Part shown: piece by piece, positions 59,645 through 64,000 of the stretch
How positions within the stretch are numbered: position 1 is the stretch's first letter
Layout of the letters: each line of letters begins with the position of its first letter
Origin: Rhizophagus irregularis
Taxonomy: Eukaryota
DNA length: 64,000 bases
NCBI RefSeq assembly: GCF_026210795.1
Contig: NC_089430.1
Span: 3,348,001 to 3,412,000 of the forward strand
Reading direction: 5' to 3'
Program-made: the position numbers and the translations under genes
Notes under the pieces: generated by a model
What the model saw: the letters and a program-made list of their open reading frames with translations, nothing else
What the model was told of the DNA's origin: nothing
Databases searched by the model: none

Positions 59645-62600
59645 AGGACCCCGAACAATATATATATATGTCAGATGAAAATTTCAAAATTTATTAAGAT
59701 CAATAAGCAAACTATTTTCAATCCTGCTAAGCAAACTCTTATTATAACATTGAGATTTTTTATACTACTAAGCAATTTATTTTGTGACTTTATAAAATTT
59801 TATCTTTTATTTATTGATTACTTTATTAACTAAATTGATATTATTACATCATATGAATAATACTATTTTTAATAGTATTACGGTTAAAATAATTAAAAGT
59901 ATCACGTGCTACTCCTGTTAAAGTTAATGAACTATCACCAATTATTACACCATTTGATTTAATATGATATATAATATTTTGAGGACAATGATGAGTAAAT
60001 AACGTATAACCTTCCACAGTTTGGCTTGCAAAAATATTGAGATGAATAGGTAAATATACTTGTAACGAAATATATGATAAATCTTCAATCTGAGTTACCG
60101 CATTTTGACTATAACAATGGTTACCATAACCTTCATAATACATTGCTATTACTTTAGCAATACAAATTTTCATCCCATATAGTACAATTACATAGTCACC
60201 TTGCTGTAATGGAAAATCTTGAGTAATATTTGCTGATTCAAGATAAATGACTAAATAAATAGCAAATTATTAATATTAAAATTATGTAAATAAATTATAT
60301 ATTTGATATTATATTTACTTTTGTTTGTAATTCTATCAATTTGTTTTTGTCTTGATAATTCAAATTGTTGTAAATTTGCAAGATTAGCTGTCATTGTTTT
60401 CCAATTTTCTTTCCATCGCTTTTCACGTTGTTTTACAAATCGTATTTCAGGATCATCGTTGTTTGTAAGATGTGAAATTATATGACTAGCCTTATTTGGA
60501 TTAATAGTATTTTCTTTTTCATAACCAATTATATGTGCACGATTTTGTCTTTCAATTGGTCTTGAATTGTATGCTTCATGATGCTTTCGTAATGCAATCA
60601 TAACCGAATAATTTAGCTCTCCTGTTTGAAAAATATATCTAATAGTAGGATCTTTTAAGATTATGTTAATACTTAATAATGTATTATTAAAAGTTTCAAT
60701 AAATGTATAAAAAAAAATAATAATAATACCATGAGTAAGTTGCTCATTATAAAGTATTCTTGTATTATTTAAAGTTGAAATAATTTGTGTCTGGATTTGA
60801 TCATCGATATTCTCAATATTTGATAGATCAAGAATATCATCAACTGTTTCAATAGCATGTTTGGAAGCTTGACTAATTGCATCAGAAATTTCTCTATCAA
60901 TTTCAAAAAATTCATTTGGATCATTTCCAAATTCCGAACTTGACTTATTGATTCCAGTTGATATTTCCAAATTTTGCTCCTCTATTATTACAAATGGCTG
61001 TAATAATGAATTATTCGTATTTGTAGTAGGTTTCATATCAAGTGCTTTGGCGAGTTCAAATGCCAATTTGTAAGAAAATTTAACAGTTGAAGTAATATCA
61101 GTATCTGACGGCCAAGCACATAATTTTGTTAATTTGCTTGAACTAATATTTCCCATATTATAATCAAAATGATAACCTATTTGAAAGTAATATAAAAAAG
61201 GGAGATTTAATTAGTCAGCAAAGTTTAATCTAATTATAAACTTAATTTTTATTAGTAGTTTTGGCTTCTTTCATTAAATTAAATAGAATCAATAATCATA
61301 ATTATGCTAATTTGCCTGCTTACCATCACGAACCGATTTTTCTTTTTCCAATGTAATATTTCTTATTCTTAACGCTTTGGCGCATTGAGAAATTTTTGGA
61401 ACTAATTGTAACAATTCTGAATAATTAAAATCAGAATTAATTTGACGCGCCATACCAAAAAAGTGTTCACAGGCCTCCAATCCATGCATCCATGGTAAAA
61501 ATGGATAATTTGGGTAATATTCCCAATGTGCTTTTACCAACAAAACCATAGACTCTGCAAGAGAAATAAAAATTGCAAAGCTTTGGTCCGCTAAAAAATT
61601 TTTACTAACAGAAATAAAATCAGGATACTTTTCACTCATATTCGTTACATATTTTCTCCAAAATCGTAAAAAGAAAAAGGACGTCATTGACATTCTAATT
61701 CTTTCTAAAGGAGTTATTTCACGATTTAGGTAACTATCGATAAGTTCGCCTAATTTTCAAATTACAATTAAATTATGAAAAAATAAATTGTAATAATTAT
61801 ATTATAATAACAAAATTATTTTATCTAACCCATTATGAAAAGGTATACAAAAAGTCCTTGCATGTCCTCTTCAATATTATGAGTTCCATGACAATTTCGT
61901 AAATTTTCTGAACAAAATACACGATATGCCACACCATCGTCTTGGCGATCAAGCTTTATTACATCATGATGATACATTACGGAATTAGAAAGATTTGACA
62001 ATTTTAACAATTGTTCAAATCGTGCAGTTGAACTTCCAAGGGTAAGAAGACGGGCGCCAGACATAATTGCATTACGGCTAGTTTTTTTAGCATGCTTAGG
62101 ATCTTGTACACGAATAACAGGTCCTACGTTCGGAAAAATTGGGCAGCTGAAATCAACTCCAAGTTTATTATTTTTAAAAGTCAACCGTTCGTCTATTGAA
62201 TATGACTGAATTGCAACTTGGGCTTTAAATTCAACAATAGCACCATCTAATCCGATTAATAAAATTGGAAGGTTAAGCTGTGGTGCTATCTGAGTTAATA
62301 ATTCTTGATGAAAGCTGGTTATGATTGACATGTTATCAGATCCGTTATTGGCAATTAATGCAATAACTACTGGAGGAAAGTTCGGCAATGGTATCTAATA
62401 ATTTAAATAGTAAGTATCGTTACTTACATTATATAATTATTTTGAATAAACAAATTACCTGCAATATATAAGCGCGCACATCTTTTGCAATCGCTTTTTT
62501 TGTTTTAATATTATTAATAATTGGTTGAATGTCCTCATATTTATTGATTTTAGTTTGTTCAGTCGATAGTGTTGACCCAACAATACAACCTAAAACAGGA

Positions 62601-64000
62601 TTATAGCGAAGGGCAGGTTTCAATTTGGTATTATCAGACATAGCAACAATAGGTCCCCGATAATTTAATGTATCAATTAGCCTTTTAAATTTGGCAACAT
62701 TTTCAAATGAAAGGTTAGGATTTGTGAGGGTGTCTTCATTATTAGTCCGAAGTTTACTAATTTTTATAAAAATTGTTAATATTTTAGAAAGGTTAACAAA
62801 TGAAGCAAGCAAACTGAACTGAAGGATACCGTATATTTTGAATTGTACGTCCTTCCAAATTTTGGCGAAAGAGATCAGCAAGCCGAGATGAAACTTTCTA
62901 ATATAATAAGAAAGTTTGTAAAATCTTCATTATATTGAATATTTTGCTTGCCCTTATTATTATCTTTACGAATTGCAGCTTGGACCATAACTTCACAGAG
63001 TCCTGTAAATACAGGTTTTTCTTTAAATGCACCATTGGTTGCTTTATTTGCTAATATAATCCATATACTTGAATCATAATTGTCCTTAATAACAGACCAA
63101 ATTTCATGAAGATCCTGATTTTGCAAATGTTTTTTTAAAGAATTATTTTCAAAATAGAATTTTGGTGTAAATTTAAGATTTTCAGGTGCCGGTTTTGGTA
63201 TAGTAAGACGATGTGCCAATATAGGATTGTATTTTAGTAAATAACATTCATTACAAATCGTTTTTCCAGAATCGGAATATCCTGTGCATTCTTTAGCGCG
63301 TACAGCAATGCCTATTAACAATATTTGGAAAAGATTTTCATTAATTGATCAATTAGAATAAAAAAATAACGTAAATAAATATTTACAATCTTTATCAACA
63401 CGCCATTGAGATTCTGCATAAATTTTTCGATTTAATGCACGTTTCTGAAATGGCTTAAGTTTTTTTCTTGTAAACTTATGAGGAAATTTTCCAGGATATA
63501 TTTCCTTAGCAATTATTTCAACACGACGAGCTCCACCATAACATGCAGGTGTTCTATCAACATATTTTGCAATCAAATCTGAACGCAATCCTAAACATGG
63601 CTTTCTTTTTCTACCAGTTTGATTAGTTGCTGGATTAATAATCTCTATATTAGCATTTTCTTTTTCATTAATTCCATCCTCATTTTCATCTACTGTAATA
63701 ATATCGTCATCATCCATTGCATCTTCTACCTCACTTTCCCAATCATTCCAATCATCATCTGAATTTACATCATCGTCATCTTTTTTATCAGTTGTTGTAG
63801 GATTAAAAAAGCATAAAATACTTTTTTGTTCATTTCGTTTACATCCCGGACCATTTGCATGGCGGTTAATGTAATCTTCGTCATATTTCCTATTAAGTTT
63901 TATTACAACTCCACATATGCAGATTACCTTTTTAGCACGTACAACTTTAGCAACAAATGGATGTCTTTGTAAACGTTGTTTTGAGTATTTCCAGCCACCC
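59645..64000 (-). mobile_element. P-element-like autonomous DNA transposon (3' end visible; 5' end beyond the window)
   Basis: Terminus AGGACCCCGAACAATATATATATA lies 200 bp downstream of the transposase stop, with three TAAGCAA subterminal motifs. Homologous to the end of 51601-52705. Confidence 0.78.
59844..64000 (-). pseudogene. Multi-exon P-superfamily-like DDE transposase, near-intact (one frameshift near 62890)
   Basis: Exons >64000-63387, 63311-62830, 62756-62459, 62394-61830, 61749-61324, 61176-60730, 60651-60319, 60250-59844. Ordered motifs AMSDNTKL, IGLDGA, QDPKHAKKTSRN, DRQDDGVA, ACEHFFGMARQ. N-terminal CxC...H...C finger. Confidence 0.78.

Overview
This is a very AT-rich eukaryotic window with short GT-AG introns. 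Gene content and repeat landscape point to an arbuscular mycorrhizal fungus (Glomeromycotina, Rhizophagus-like); this is inference, not a database result. One compact island of five intact spliced host genes lies at about 31.2-38.9 kb: a small HMG/YABBY-like protein, SF3B4/Hsh49, a BCP/Dot5 peroxiredoxin, a peroxisomal enoyl-CoA isomerase ending in SKL, and a lysyl-tRNA synthetase. It is flanked by about 50 kb of densely nested, mostly decayed transposons: hAT, MULE, pogo and other IS630-Tc1-mariner, PIF/Zator-, CACTA- and piggyBac-type MITEs, and LINE-derived pieces. Many have readable TIRs and TSDs. Four observations stand out. (1) A near-intact multi-exon P-element-like transposase (59.8-64 kb) has an AGGACCCC terminus that matches a family of about nine non-autonomous AGGA...TCCT elements, five with perfect 8-bp TSDs. 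(2) Tandem arrays of non-coding micro-exon/intron cassettes with full splice signals sit inside the ends of unrelated transposons. (3) Two related inserts sit at the same AAAAGTGTGA(T/C)TT core of one MITE family. (4) A ~120-bp dyad module is shared by elements of several superfamilies. All coordinates were read by eye; boundaries of decayed elements are approximate.
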